Shown: piece after piece, positions 38,728-48,393 of the stretch
How the letters are laid out: every line of letters starts with the position of its first letter
How positions within the stretch are numbered: the first letter of the stretch is position 1
IMG/VR virus record: IMGVR_UViG_3300005533_000009
Coordinates: 17,269 to 81,268 of that record
Origin: a virus
Strand: one strand, 5' to 3'
Length of the DNA stretch: 64,000 nucleotides
Program-made: the position numbers and the translations under genes
The notes under the pieces: model-generated
The model's database searches: none
What the model saw: the letters and a program-made list of their open reading frames with translations, nothing else
Told to the model about the DNA's origin: nothing

Positions 38728-39372
38728 ATGAAAGTAATTACTAAAGCAGTATTTCAAATGACCGAGAACATTGGCGAATATGTTCCCTTATATGAGGAAA
38801 GCTATTCTTACAAGGGAGAAGTAGCTCTATGTGATCGTGCCGCCCAATCTGCGGCTAAGCAAGCTGCTCGAACAGCCAGCGGGGTTGCTGGACAGGATGA
38901 GTCTTTGGCTCAATCACAAGAAGCCCAGTTGGACCCCTTCTTTAGACGTGAGATGGGAGCAGAGCATTACTTTGATCCCAATCAAGTAAACGAAATGCTA
39001 ACTGCTTCACAAGCTGGTACCGGGGCTGCTCAAGGGGCTGAACAAGCTGCTTTGAATAGAAATGCGGCTTCTACCAACAATGCCACTGCTCTAACGAAGA
39101 ATTTAGATGAAATAGCCAGAGATAGAATGAAAGCTAATGCTGGCGCGGCTGAAGGTATTGCTGCACAAGATGTTCTTGGAGCAAAGCAGCTTAATCAGGC
39201 TGGAGCACAAGGCGAAGCTGGTCTGTTTCAAACTGATACCGATGCGGCTCTTAAGGCAATGGGTATCAATACTAACGACATTAATACCCAGCTTGAAGCT
39301 GGCAAGAGTGGTTGGTTGCAGAACACTTTGAATACTGTAAAAACTCTAAGTGGTATGGGAAGACCTAGTTAA
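38728..39372 (+). CDS. Putative internal virion/ejection protein
   Basis: Ala/Gln/Gly-rich helical protein; ATG 38728 after GAGG. Confidence 0.5.
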   Translation: MKVITKAVFQMTENIGEYVPLYEESYSYKGEVALCDRAAQSAAKQAARTASGVAGQDESLAQSQEAQLDPFFRREMGAEHYFDPNQVNEMLTASQAGTGAAQGAEQAALNRNAASTNNATALTKNLDEIARDRMKANAGAAEGIAAQDVLGAKQLNQAGAQGEAGLFQTDTDAALKAMGINTNDINTQLEAGKSGWLQNTLNTVKTLSGMGRPS

Positions 39373-39383
39373 TTGGAGGAAGA

Positions 39384-42188
39384 ATGCTTTTAAGAAATAA
39401 GATGAAGAGATTACCTGTGTATGATCAGGGTGGTCCTGTTGATCCACAGTATGATTCTCCTCCTGACCCTAATGCAATAGGACAGTATGCTGATCCATCG
39501 GCTGCGAATGCAGTAGCTTCTGCACCTCCAGATCAACAGCCTGAATTGTCTACATGGGGTAACATACAGAATGGTTTAGGTCAAGCTCAGAATATGATGG
39601 GTAGAGTGCTAGGTAAATCACAATCAGGAGAGATTCCTGAAGCTCAAACTCGCATGTATCCTGTAGAAGGTCTTAGTGCAAAAGTATTTGATGATGGTGG
39701 GGTAGTTCAAAAGGATAAAAATACAGACGAAAATTCTATGGGTAATGCTCAATGGTTAGCATACCGTATGAATCCGCTATATCCAGATAGACATCTTGAA
39801 CCCTTTTTACCACCTGATCCAGAAATGCATACTGCGCCTACTGCCGCGCACGCCCAAGATGTAGCGTCACAGTATGGAGATATGGGAACGGTAGCAAGTA
39901 CTGTAGGTCAGCGACCAAGAACCCAAAAAATGAACAGAGATACTGTCCCTATATACGATGACGGTGGGCCTATAAAGAACGATCCTAATGATGGACATCA
40001 TCAATTAGCCATAGTAGAAGACGGAGAAAGAGTATTAACTCCTGAACAAAATCAGCAATATGAGCAAGAACACGCTGCTGTATTTCCTACTATAGGGGCT
40101 GAGAAGCACTTAACACAAACTAATCCTCCAACTGAAGTACAAAATTCAGATGAGCCTCTTCCTGCCGATGTACCAAGAGGTGCTAGAATGAATATTAATC
40201 CTTATGCTGAAGGTACAGCCAAAGGAACAGTTGGTACAGCACCTGATGCTAAAGTAGAGCCTCCTCAAATGAGAACGATGAGTAATACATCCGTTCCACA
40301 AAATAAGATGGCTCCTGTAGAGGGCGCTATGGCTGGTGAAGGTCAACCCGGAGGGGCACCTCCCGGTGGAGAAGGTGGTGGTGGAGCGGGAGAATCAACT
40401 CTTAACCCACTACATACAGCTTCTTCAAGCAATCCACTTCCACATGAAAGAGAATGGCTGGAAGGTGAACGCTCACGCTTGAAGCAAAAGATGATGGACG
40501 CTGCTGAAGGTGTACATAACGGCGGTAAGTTTGATCACGTTGCTTACGGTGAAGCTAAAATGGCTTTGGCCGATTTGAACAGAATGCACCCATGGGGACA
40601 GCCTGAAAATCATCCCGGTATACTGGGAAAGATTGGTCATGGTTTAGGCGTAGCTGGTAACATCGCGGCTGATGCTTTGGTTCCCGGTGTTGCACCGTTT
40701 ATTCCCGGTTCTCGTGCCAACCTAGAACGTCAAGCTGCTCAAGGAGCAGAGGAAGTAGGTATGGGACAAGAAGCCGCTAAGGGTCAAGCTGAGATTCAAT
40801 TGAAGCAAGCTCAAGCGAGAGCTTATGGTTTGCCTAAGTTGGTTCCCGGTCCAGATAGCAGTAGATTGGACCCTGAAACAGGCACTAGACAGAAGCAGTA
40901 TAAGTATCCTGATGGTAGACTTGTTTGGGTTACTGAGGGTGAACTTCCTCCTCTAGAAGAAGAGGCATTTCCTCAGGGAGTTTCACAAGAAGCTCCTCCA
41001 GTAAGAACAAATGAACCTAATCCAGTGGTTAATGGTCAGGTTTCACAAACTCCTACTACTCAAGCACCACCTCAAGAACAGGTACTACCACAGCAAGGAT
41101 TACCACAGCAACCACAAAAACCTGCGGCTCCTCCTGTAGCACCTAAACCTGCTGCTCCTGTTAAAACACCTAGATATGTTTATGGCAGTGGTAAACCTGA
41201 AACTACTACTCCTTCTCCTGAAGACATAGCGATTACAAAATCTGCTATTCAGGATGCTCCGTTTTTACCTGCTCAAGTTAAGGATGATTTCTTAAAGGTA
41301 TTAGACAACAATCCTTCTCAAGCTACTCTAAACAGACTGCATGAACATATTAACAAATTAGAAAGTGAAAGCAGAGCCAAAAGCCAAGAGGATTTCCAGC
41401 ACGAGATGGAAAAAACTCGTATGGAAATAGCTAAGATGATGGCTGATGCACATTTGTTAGAGATGCAACAGAAAGCTGCTTTAACTCAACAAACTGCTCG
41501 TACTACCGCAGACCAAGCTCGTCTCCAAGACTATTCTCAGCAAGAATATGATACATACATGAGAAATTGGCAACGTAGCACGACTCCGGGGCAATATGCT
41601 AAAGATGTGGCCTTGATTACAGATCAAGTTAACGCTGAAAAATCTAATCCCGGCCATTTATTTTCATATATAGCACCACTACTTTCAACTACCCCTGCGG
41701 GGGCAGCTACAGTAGTGGGAGCGGAAGCTTTGGCTGGTGCTTTAGCTGGGCCTGTTAGCGGGGCTCTGGATACTCTTAAGAAGAGAGGTCTTTCAGACCA
41801 AGCGTATCGTGCAATGCAAGCTTATTACAACGCATTGCCGGGACGTATGGCATATGAAATGAGTTCAGCAGGTGTTAAAGCTGGAGCTATGCGTTCTCAG
41901 CTATTGATATCTAAGGTACTAAATACGGTTCCACCTCCAAATACACCTCCTGCACAATGGAGCAATGCATTTGGACAGTATTACAAACCTATGCATACTT
42001 TTATTGAACGTATGGTTAGTGGTATGCCTGTAGGAAAAGACTATACCCCTCAGACAAGAGAGGATGTATATGGCCCTCCTTCAGAAGGGCATTATAACCA
42101 CATTGCTAGAAATAAAACTACTAAAGAGCCTGCATATTCATACGACGGTAAAACATGGTATGATGCAAAAGGTAATAAATTACAGTAA
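39384..42188 (+). CDS. Putative internal virion/ejection protein
   Basis: 934 aa, Pro/Gln/Ala-rich, repeated [YF]D[DQ]GG motifs. Confidence 0.5.
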   Translation: MLLRNKMKRLPVYDQGGPVDPQYDSPPDPNAIGQYADPSAANAVASAPPDQQPELSTWGNIQNGLGQAQNMMGRVLGKSQSGEIPEAQTRMYPVEGLSAKVFDDGGVVQKDKNTDENSMGNAQWLAYRMNPLYPDRHLEPFLPPDPEMHTAPTAAHAQDVASQYGDMGTVASTVGQRPRTQKMNRDTVPIYDDGGPIKNDPNDGHHQLAIVEDGERVLTPEQNQQYEQEHAAVFPTIGAEKHLTQTNPPTEVQNSDEPLPADVPRGARMNINPYAEGTAKGTVGTAPDAKVEPPQMRTMSNTSVPQNKMAPVEGAMAGEGQPGGAPPGGEGGGGAGESTLNPLHTASSSNPLPHEREWLEGERSRLKQKMMDAAEGVHNGGKFDHVAYGEAKMALADLNRMHPWGQPENHPGILGKIGHGLGVAGNIAADALVPGVAPFIPGSRANLERQAAQGAEEVGMGQEAAKGQAEIQLKQAQARAYGLPKLVPGPDSSRLDPETGTRQKQYKYPDGRLVWVTEGELPPLEEEAFPQGVSQEAPPVRTNEPNPVVNGQVSQTPTTQAPPQEQVLPQQGLPQQPQKPAAPPVAPKPAAPVKTPRYVYGSGKPETTTPSPEDIAITKSAIQDAPFLPAQVKDDFLKVLDNNPSQATLNRLHEHINKLESESRAKSQEDFQHEMEKTRMEIAKMMADAHLLEMQQKAALTQQTARTTADQARLQDYSQQEYDTYMRNWQRSTTPGQYAKDVALITDQVNAEKSNPGHLFSYIAPLLSTTPAGAATVVGAEALAGALAGPVSGALDTLKKRGLSDQAYRAMQAYYNALPGRMAYEMSSAGVKAGAMRSQLLISKVLNTVPPPNTPPAQWSNAFGQYYKPMHTFIERMVSGMPVGKDYTPQTREDVYGPPSEGHYNHIARNKTTKEPAYSYDGKTWYDAKGNKLQ

Positions 42189-42200
42189 GGAGAACATAGG

Positions 42201-45200
42201 ATGGCTGATGATCAGCAAATAAGATTGCCTCAAGGATACGAAGATGCTGTTCCTTTTGATCAACAATCTCAGCAAGAAGCACAACGTTCTCAGGAACAAC
42301 ATCAAAAAGAGGTAGAAATGGGACAAACCCCATTGTCTTTACCTCAAGGATATGAAGATGCTGTTCCAGCAGAGGGTGCTAATGCATATACATCTCAAAG
42401 CCATCCTAATATCTCTGGGGAGGCAGGAGTTGCAGCAGATACATATGTACAACCTGCTATGCATGAAATGCGTGCGGCTGAAAAGCCTTCTACCATGCAA
42501 CGTTTTTGGCAAGCGGCGAAACACCCTATTGATTATTTAGGGGATGTTGAATCCGATGTACAAGAGGGTGGAGGACGCACTATAGTAGGACGTACTTTAG
42601 GAGCTATGCAAGGAAGAGGAGATAAAGGATACGATGTAGGACAAAGATTTGATCCTTCTATCGAAAGCTTTATGGCCGCTCCTATACAAGGACCACCAAA
42701 GTTAGCTCGTGGAGCTATGAGAATGTACAAAGCGGATACTCCTAAAGAGGCTGCTAGTGCATTTACAGAAACAGCTACTGGAGCATTACAAACGCTTCCA
42801 TTAGTAGCCCCAGAAGCTATCGCTGCTGAAACACTTATTCCTAGAGCAATAGCAGGAGAAGCAGCAGGAAGAGCTACATCTGGAGCTTTGAATAAATTAG
42901 GTGTGGCTCCCGAATATTCAGAAGCTGCTGGAACTGCTACTGGACTAGCTGCGGCTGGTGGGCCTGAACTGAAAGAGAGATTTACCGGAACAGGGCATGA
43001 CCCAGCCTTTGCACATTTACAGAAGGATTTAGATATCAAGCTTGCCGCTGCTAATGAAGCTGCTCAGAAAATGAAAGCTTATGAAGCTGGCGCAGAGCAA
43101 GGTGTTCCTATTCCTGACAAAGTAGTAAAAGATTTTCAAAAAGCACGTTATGAAGCGGAATTGGCACAAAGACACCATGACGCTTATCTACAACGTGCTC
43201 ACGAGCAACAGAGAGCCGCTAGACAGCAGTTTAGAGAGAATGTAGCATCTAAGACTCAAAGTGCTTTACATAAAGTGACAGGTACTGAACCAGCACCGAT
43301 TAATCAGCCTATTAATTTAGAGCCTGAGATTATTAATCCCGATGGTTCTGTGGCTACACCTCCTGCACAAGAGCCTCAAGCTCCATTGGCATTGCCTGCT
43401 GCTCCTGAAGCTACTGGTCCTGCGAATGTTAAAACTCCGGGGCAAGTACCACCAGAAGTAACTAGACCTGAACTGGTACAGAATAGACAGCAAGGTTTCG
43501 AAAACTTGCCACAGCCTAACACTATGCGTAGTGGACCTGTCCCATTGGCTAACGAACAAGGTGTAATGGGGCGTAGAATGGGACTTCCGGCAAAGCCTGA
43601 AGAGCCTATCGCTCCAGTACAAGCTGAACCACCTTCTCCTACAGATGTTAGAGCCTTAAGAACTAAAATGGTTCCGGCTAAGGAGATGGCTGGATTTTAT
43701 GCTCAACCTAAGGAAGCTGGTGCGGAAGTGCCTGCTATACCTAGACGTGAAGCAAGCACTGGATCACAAGTTGATCGTATTGCTGATCTAACTCGTCAAG
43801 GTCTGGGCGGTCAAGAACTGAAGCCTAACGTTCCTCTAAAAGAACAGACAGAACAAAAGCTATCGTCTCGCCCTGATAAGGCTGCTCTTCAAAAAGCTGG
43901 TGCTAGCGAAGAAGCGATGAACAAAATCCTAGCCATTAAGAATCCTGAACTATCTTACCTAGCTATGCAGTTGGGTGAAGATATGGGTACTAACGTGGTA
44001 GGACGTTCTAAGGGTGGAGTAGCGGCTGGTACACACGTTCCTAGAGAACAGATACTAGAAAAGCTATTGCAGAAGCACTCTCCTGATGATCTTGCTCATA
44101 TGATTGATGAGGGCAAACACTTACCTCCTGTAGGTGGTGGTTCTCAGGCCGCTACTGAGGAGTCAGATCAGTATGCTGGTACGGCTCTATCTAAGGAAGC
44201 TGTAGGAAAAGAGAACGACTGGTACAAGATGGCTAAGGAAGAACTTGGTCCTGATGCTGGAGTTTCTCAAGTATTACAGCGTGCTCAAGAAATTAAAGAA
44301 CAAGCTGCTAAACTTCCTCCCGTAAGTGGTGGATCACAAGCGGCTGATGTAGAAGAAAAGATAGACCCAGCCACTGAAAGACGTGCTGCTAAGAAACAGT
44401 TAGCTGAGCACAATGAAGAAGGTGGCTCAACCTTTGATCGTTTTGGCAAAAGCCTAAAGGGAACGGATGGTTATGCCGTAGGTGTATACCCAGAAAGAAC
44501 TCAGAAGATCGAAGGTAGAAACCTATCAGAAAAAGACATACGTGATTTCAAGAGTAAGAACTCTGATGTTCTTTCTCAACCAGATCACGCCGTTGGAACT
44601 TGGACCGACGAAGATGGTACTCATTGGCTTGATATAACTAAAGTTATACCAGAACGTGAAGATGCTATTAAAGCCGGAAAAGAAGCTAATCAAAACTCTA
44701 TTTATAATTTACAAAGTGGAGAATTAATTAAAACTGGTGGTACAGGAAGTGCTTTCCATCCTTTAGCACAAGAACATCTTCCAACGGTAAGTGGTAGTTC
44801 TCCAGAAACAGAAGAATTGGTAGGACCAATTACAAAAAAGTTGATTGAAAGATATGGGACTACTAAAGAACCTTTGGGTTCTGCTCAATTTATTACTGCT
44901 GATGGTAAACGAGTGCCTGTACAAGATCATGACAGAGCAGTAGCATCAGTTTTAAATAAAAAGAAAATTGATCCTAATGATAGGGTAGACTATATCAACA
45001 ACGAACAGGCTGTTAGAGTACGTTTTCGTTCAGGGCCACAAGGTAAAGAAGTAGTATTTTCTGTTCCTAAAAATGTAAGTCCAGAACAAATAAATCAGAT
45101 GGAAAACACTGTAGCGGCACTAGGTAAATTTGGTAATATGCATATGGAGCAAGCTGATGCCAAAGGTAATTATGTTACTAAGGTAAATGCTACTCCAGAG

Positions 45201-45278
45201 ATGGTTGAAAAATCTATAAAGGAAGTGAACAAACCCTCTCAACCTTGGTCCCCTATGGTACGAGCTTTTCATCAGTAA
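42201..45278 (+). CDS. Putative internal virion/ejection protein
   Basis: 1025 aa; repeats LPQGYEDAVP x2 and LPPVxGGSQA x2. Confidence 0.5.
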   Translation: MADDQQIRLPQGYEDAVPFDQQSQQEAQRSQEQHQKEVEMGQTPLSLPQGYEDAVPAEGANAYTSQSHPNISGEAGVAADTYVQPAMHEMRAAEKPSTMQRFWQAAKHPIDYLGDVESDVQEGGGRTIVGRTLGAMQGRGDKGYDVGQRFDPSIESFMAAPIQGPPKLARGAMRMYKADTPKEAASAFTETATGALQTLPLVAPEAIAAETLIPRAIAGEAAGRATSGALNKLGVAPEYSEAAGTATGLAAAGGPELKERFTGTGHDPAFAHLQKDLDIKLAAANEAAQKMKAYEAGAEQGVPIPDKVVKDFQKARYEAELAQRHHDAYLQRAHEQQRAARQQFRENVASKTQSALHKVTGTEPAPINQPINLEPEIINPDGSVATPPAQEPQAPLALPAAPEATGPANVKTPGQVPPEVTRPELVQNRQQGFENLPQPNTMRSGPVPLANEQGVMGRRMGLPAKPEEPIAPVQAEPPSPTDVRALRTKMVPAKEMAGFYAQPKEAGAEVPAIPRREASTGSQVDRIADLTRQGLGGQELKPNVPLKEQTEQKLSSRPDKAALQKAGASEEAMNKILAIKNPELSYLAMQLGEDMGTNVVGRSKGGVAAGTHVPREQILEKLLQKHSPDDLAHMIDEGKHLPPVGGGSQAATEESDQYAGTALSKEAVGKENDWYKMAKEELGPDAGVSQVLQRAQEIKEQAAKLPPVSGGSQAADVEEKIDPATERRAAKKQLAEHNEEGGSTFDRFGKSLKGTDGYAVGVYPERTQKIEGRNLSEKDIRDFKSKNSDVLSQPDHAVGTWTDEDGTHWLDITKVIPEREDAIKAGKEANQNSIYNLQSGELIKTGGTGSAFHPLAQEHLPTVSGSSPETEELVGPITKKLIERYGTTKEPLGSAQFITADGKRVPVQDHDRAVASVLNKKKIDPNDRVDYINNEQAVRVRFRSGPQGKEVVFSVPKNVSPEQINQMENTVAALGKFGNMHMEQADAKGNYVTKVNATPEMVEKSIKEVNKPSQPWSPMVRAFHQ

Positions 45279-45288
45279 TAAAAAATTT

Positions 45289-45315
45289 GTGGGGGAGCCT
45301 AAAAACTCCCCTACA
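45289..45315 (+). promoter_or_regulatory. Intergenic hairpin with CCTAAAAA loop
   Basis: GTGGGGGAG-cctaaaaa-CTCCCCTAC immediately before TAAGGA. Confidence 0.45.
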
Positions 45316-45327
45316 TAAGGAATTTCT

Positions 45328-46239
45328 ATGGTAAATAAAAAGATACCAGAATTAGCACAAGAAAGTCATGTGATGAAAGATGCACATGAGGTCGAAAAAG
45401 TAAAAGAAGACTGGAAACTCGTTACCATAGATGGCACTCATATGTCTGGGTTTGTTAACAATGGTGAGAACCAGATGCCTAGACAGTGCCATAACTGTAT
45501 TTGGTACAAAGATGATAAGTGTCACCATCCAGTTGTAATGGTAGACGAAGAAGTGCCGGGAGATTATGGTAAACCTAAATCAGTGGCCGATGATTCATGC
45601 TGCGGGTTTTTCCGTTCTCCAAAAAGAGATTTATTGTATATCCTACGCCATGGGGAAGACGAATATGACGACCTTATTGGCGGTTGGGAAGATGCCGATA
45701 TAGACGAAGCGGGTATAAAGGATGCTAAGGAAGCTGCTGCATTCCTGAAGAATAAAGGAATACGCCATATCTACTGCTCAGATATGAAGCGTTGCATGGA
45801 GACTTCCAAAATAGTTGCTAAAGAGCTTAATTTAGACCCCTATTGCATTGTGACCGATGTGCGCCTGCGTACTTGGAACAAAGGCATCTATAATGGACAA
45901 GAGAAGACTGAGCAGAACAAAGAAGATTTACAGTACTACAGAGAGAATCCACATAAGATCATCCCAAACGGTGAAAGCCACTATCAATTCGAAGATAGAA
46001 GTGATGAAGCCATGGCTTATTATATACACAAAGCCAGAAGCTGCGGGATTATCTTGATTGTTACACACAACTCATTAGTAAAGCAAGCACAGAGATTTGT
46101 GAAAGAATCTAGAACAGGCAAAGAGGTAAACAGTGCTAATGGTCCTATGGATTCTGTTATGCCGGGAGGAATTTTGAAGTTACATTCTGACTGGGATAAG
46201 CTTGCGTTTGATATAGTTCTAAAAGAGGGTAAGAAATAA
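45328..46239 (+). CDS. Histidine phosphatase (phosphoglycerate mutase superfamily) with N-terminal Cys-rich domain
   Basis: LYILRHGE, IYCSDMKRC, PNGES, IVTHN. Confidence 0.85.
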   Translation: MVNKKIPELAQESHVMKDAHEVEKVKEDWKLVTIDGTHMSGFVNNGENQMPRQCHNCIWYKDDKCHHPVVMVDEEVPGDYGKPKSVADDSCCGFFRSPKRDLLYILRHGEDEYDDLIGGWEDADIDEAGIKDAKEAAAFLKNKGIRHIYCSDMKRCMETSKIVAKELNLDPYCIVTDVRLRTWNKGIYNGQEKTEQNKEDLQYYRENPHKIIPNGESHYQFEDRSDEAMAYYIHKARSCGIILIVTHNSLVKQAQRFVKESRTGKEVNSANGPMDSVMPGGILKLHSDWDKLAFDIVLKEGKK

Positions 46240-46595
46240 TGGCTACAGGAATTAGCTTTGATGGAAAGGTTGTTGCAGTCAATGATCAGGTATCTGTGAT
46301 GGGTAAAGTTGCTTCTCACTCAGGTACAGGTTCTACTGCTTCTTTAACCGTAACTACTCTATTTGGTGATTCTATCACCGTACCTGCTAACAATGCTTAC
46401 GCTCCTCAAACTGATGGAGCTTTAATCAGCATTGATGGCAAAGGGTTTTCTGACACAGATAAGGTCACCGTTCCGGGGGTAGTAACAGCCGTAGGTTCCG
46501 GTACAGGCCAAAATGCCCAGTTAACCGTAAAATTACAAGGTGGCACATCTGTCACTGTAACTGCTGGTGCTTGCAGAAGCACTAGCCAATCATAA
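46239..46595 (+). CDS. Two-repeat beta-rich protein, paralog of 8380 and 55409
   Basis: Tandem DGK..D.V.V.G.V..GTG units. Confidence 0.6.
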   Translation: MATGISFDGKVVAVNDQVSVMGKVASHSGTGSTASLTVTTLFGDSITVPANNAYAPQTDGALISIDGKGFSDTDKVTVPGVVTAVGSGTGQNAQLTVKLQGGTSVTVTAGACRSTSQS

Positions 46596-46606
46596 TCGCA
46601 ATTATC

Positions 46607-47080
46607 GTGAAGAAGCACAAAAACGTAAAAGAATACCTTAAGCAGTATTATATTGATCATCCAGAAAAATTCAATAACAAAAAAACCAAGGAAAGAATTG
46701 CTCTCTGGAAAAAGAATAATAAAGCTAGGGTAAAAGAAATACAAAGAAAGTGGAGAAAGAAGAACCCACATTTAAAAAGAGCCTATGATATAGTTCACAG
46801 TTCTAAAAGAAGAGCTATGAAAAGAAACACAGGTTCTTTTACCCATACAGAATGGATTAATCTTTGTAAACAGTATGGTAACAAATGTTTGTGCTGTAAT
46901 AAAAAGAAACCATTGACAGCAGACCATGTTATACCGCTTATATTAGGTGGTAAAAACACTATAGAAAATATACAGCCCTTGTGTGGACCTTGTAATTCAA
47001 AGAAACACACAAAAACCGTAGATTTTAGAAATATCCGCAAAGTCGTGAAAGTCCCACTAGAATGTGGGGGAGGGAATTAA
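46607..47080 (+). CDS. HNH endonuclease
   Basis: CLCC...LTADHVIPLILGGKNTIENIQPLCGPCNSKK. Confidence 0.9.
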   Translation: MKKHKNVKEYLKQYYIDHPEKFNNKKTKERIALWKKNNKARVKEIQRKWRKKNPHLKRAYDIVHSSKRRAMKRNTGSFTHTEWINLCKQYGNKCLCCNKKKPLTADHVIPLILGGKNTIENIQPLCGPCNSKKHTKTVDFRNIRKVVKVPLECGGGN

Positions 47081-47083
47081 TTA

Positions 47084-47818
47084 ATGCCTTATTATGTAAC
47101 ATCACCGTTTAAGCCACCAGTACAACTGTTAGTGGCAGGAACCCCATCTTATTTGCTGGGTTCATGGAATGATCGCACGCCCCCTACGCTTGGTTATGTG
47201 TTAACCAATGCAGGCGCAACCACAACCGCAACACTAGTTTTTAGAATCGTAGAAGGCAATGCTCCAGCAGTAGGAGATTTGATTACTGTAAGAGGTTGTG
47301 CTAACAGCAACAATTTTAACGTTACGAACGTGGCTATCGCAACGGTTTCTACTACAGATGAAGGCATTTGTACAGTTACTTATACCATTTCTTCTACCAC
47401 ACAAGCTACTACAAGAGACGGTGGACAGGTTATAATTCCACGTCCTGAAGTGGGAGAAGCAACAGTCGCAGGAGCTTCAGCGCCCGTTGCTGCTATCTTT
47501 AATAGTGGAAACGTAGACCAAGGAAAAGTAATCAGTGCTACTGTAAGTTTCCCAACTGTAGGTGGAGACTCCGCTGCTACTGTTAAGATTCAGGGTGCTG
47601 ATCTTGATTTGGATTCTGAATATCAAGACATTGATACTGTGGCTACATTAGCCGCTGGTAGCCTTGGAACTACAGGACACTGGGTATCTGGTCAAAATAC
47701 TACTGCCGCAGCTTCTACTCCCGGTGGTGTAAACCAGACCAACTACAGATTCTATAGATTCAATATATCTGGTGTATCAGGTACTGCATCTAAGATCGTA
47801 GCTAAAATCGAATTGTAA
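47084..47818 (+). CDS. Thr-rich virion protein
   Basis: Composition and context. Confidence 0.45.
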   Translation: MPYYVTSPFKPPVQLLVAGTPSYLLGSWNDRTPPTLGYVLTNAGATTTATLVFRIVEGNAPAVGDLITVRGCANSNNFNVTNVAIATVSTTDEGICTVTYTISSTTQATTRDGGQVIIPRPEVGEATVAGASAPVAAIFNSGNVDQGKVISATVSFPTVGGDSAATVKIQGADLDLDSEYQDIDTVATLAAGSLGTTGHWVSGQNTTAAASTPGGVNQTNYRFYRFNISGVSGTASKIVAKIEL

Positions 47819-47824
47819 TAACAT

Positions 47825-47851
47825 GGGGAGCTTCGGCTCCCCTTTATTTTT
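47825..47851 (+). terminator. Rho-independent terminator
   Basis: GGGGAGC-ttcg-GCTCCCC-TTTATTTT. Confidence 0.8.
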
Positions 47852-47866
47852 GGACTCAAGGAATAT

Positions 47867-48385
47867 ATGGCAGATTACTCAAAGATTCAGGAACAGATTG
47901 AAGCGGTAAAGCAAGCTCAAGTTAAAGCCGAATTAGAAATGATTGCGGCATCCAATGCCCGTCTAGAAGCCGCTCGTTTAGAAAATGAGCGTAGACGCAA
48001 GGAAGCTCAAGACGCTTATGAAGCTAGGGTAGAAGAAAGACGTAAACTAAAACAGCAAGCTGAAGAAAAAGCCTTAGAGATGGAACGTGCTGAACAAGCT
48101 CGTCTACGTGCGGAAGAGAATAAACAGAATCTAGCTCTAGAACAAAAGCAAAGAGAAGAAGAAGAAGCTAGAGTACTACAAGAGAAATTAAACGAGCTTC
48201 AGCACAATCATGAAAGAGCACTAAAGGCACTACAAGATAGCCTTATGATGCAGTTGACTCATGAACAAGAACAAGATGTAACCAGTGATACAAACAAGGT
48301 TTTAGATGGGACTGCCCCTAAGGTAGTAATTACAGATGGCAGCAAGAACCCTCTTTTCCGTTTTGTACAAGATGATAATAAATAG
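47867..48385 (+). CDS. Coiled-coil protein
   Basis: E/Q/R/A-rich helical sequence. Confidence 0.5.
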   Translation: MADYSKIQEQIEAVKQAQVKAELEMIAASNARLEAARLENERRRKEAQDAYEARVEERRKLKQQAEEKALEMERAEQARLRAEENKQNLALEQKQREEEEARVLQEKLNELQHNHERALKALQDSLMMQLTHEQEQDVTSDTNKVLDGTAPKVVITDGSKNPLFRFVQDDNK

Positions 48386-48393
48386 GAGATAGC

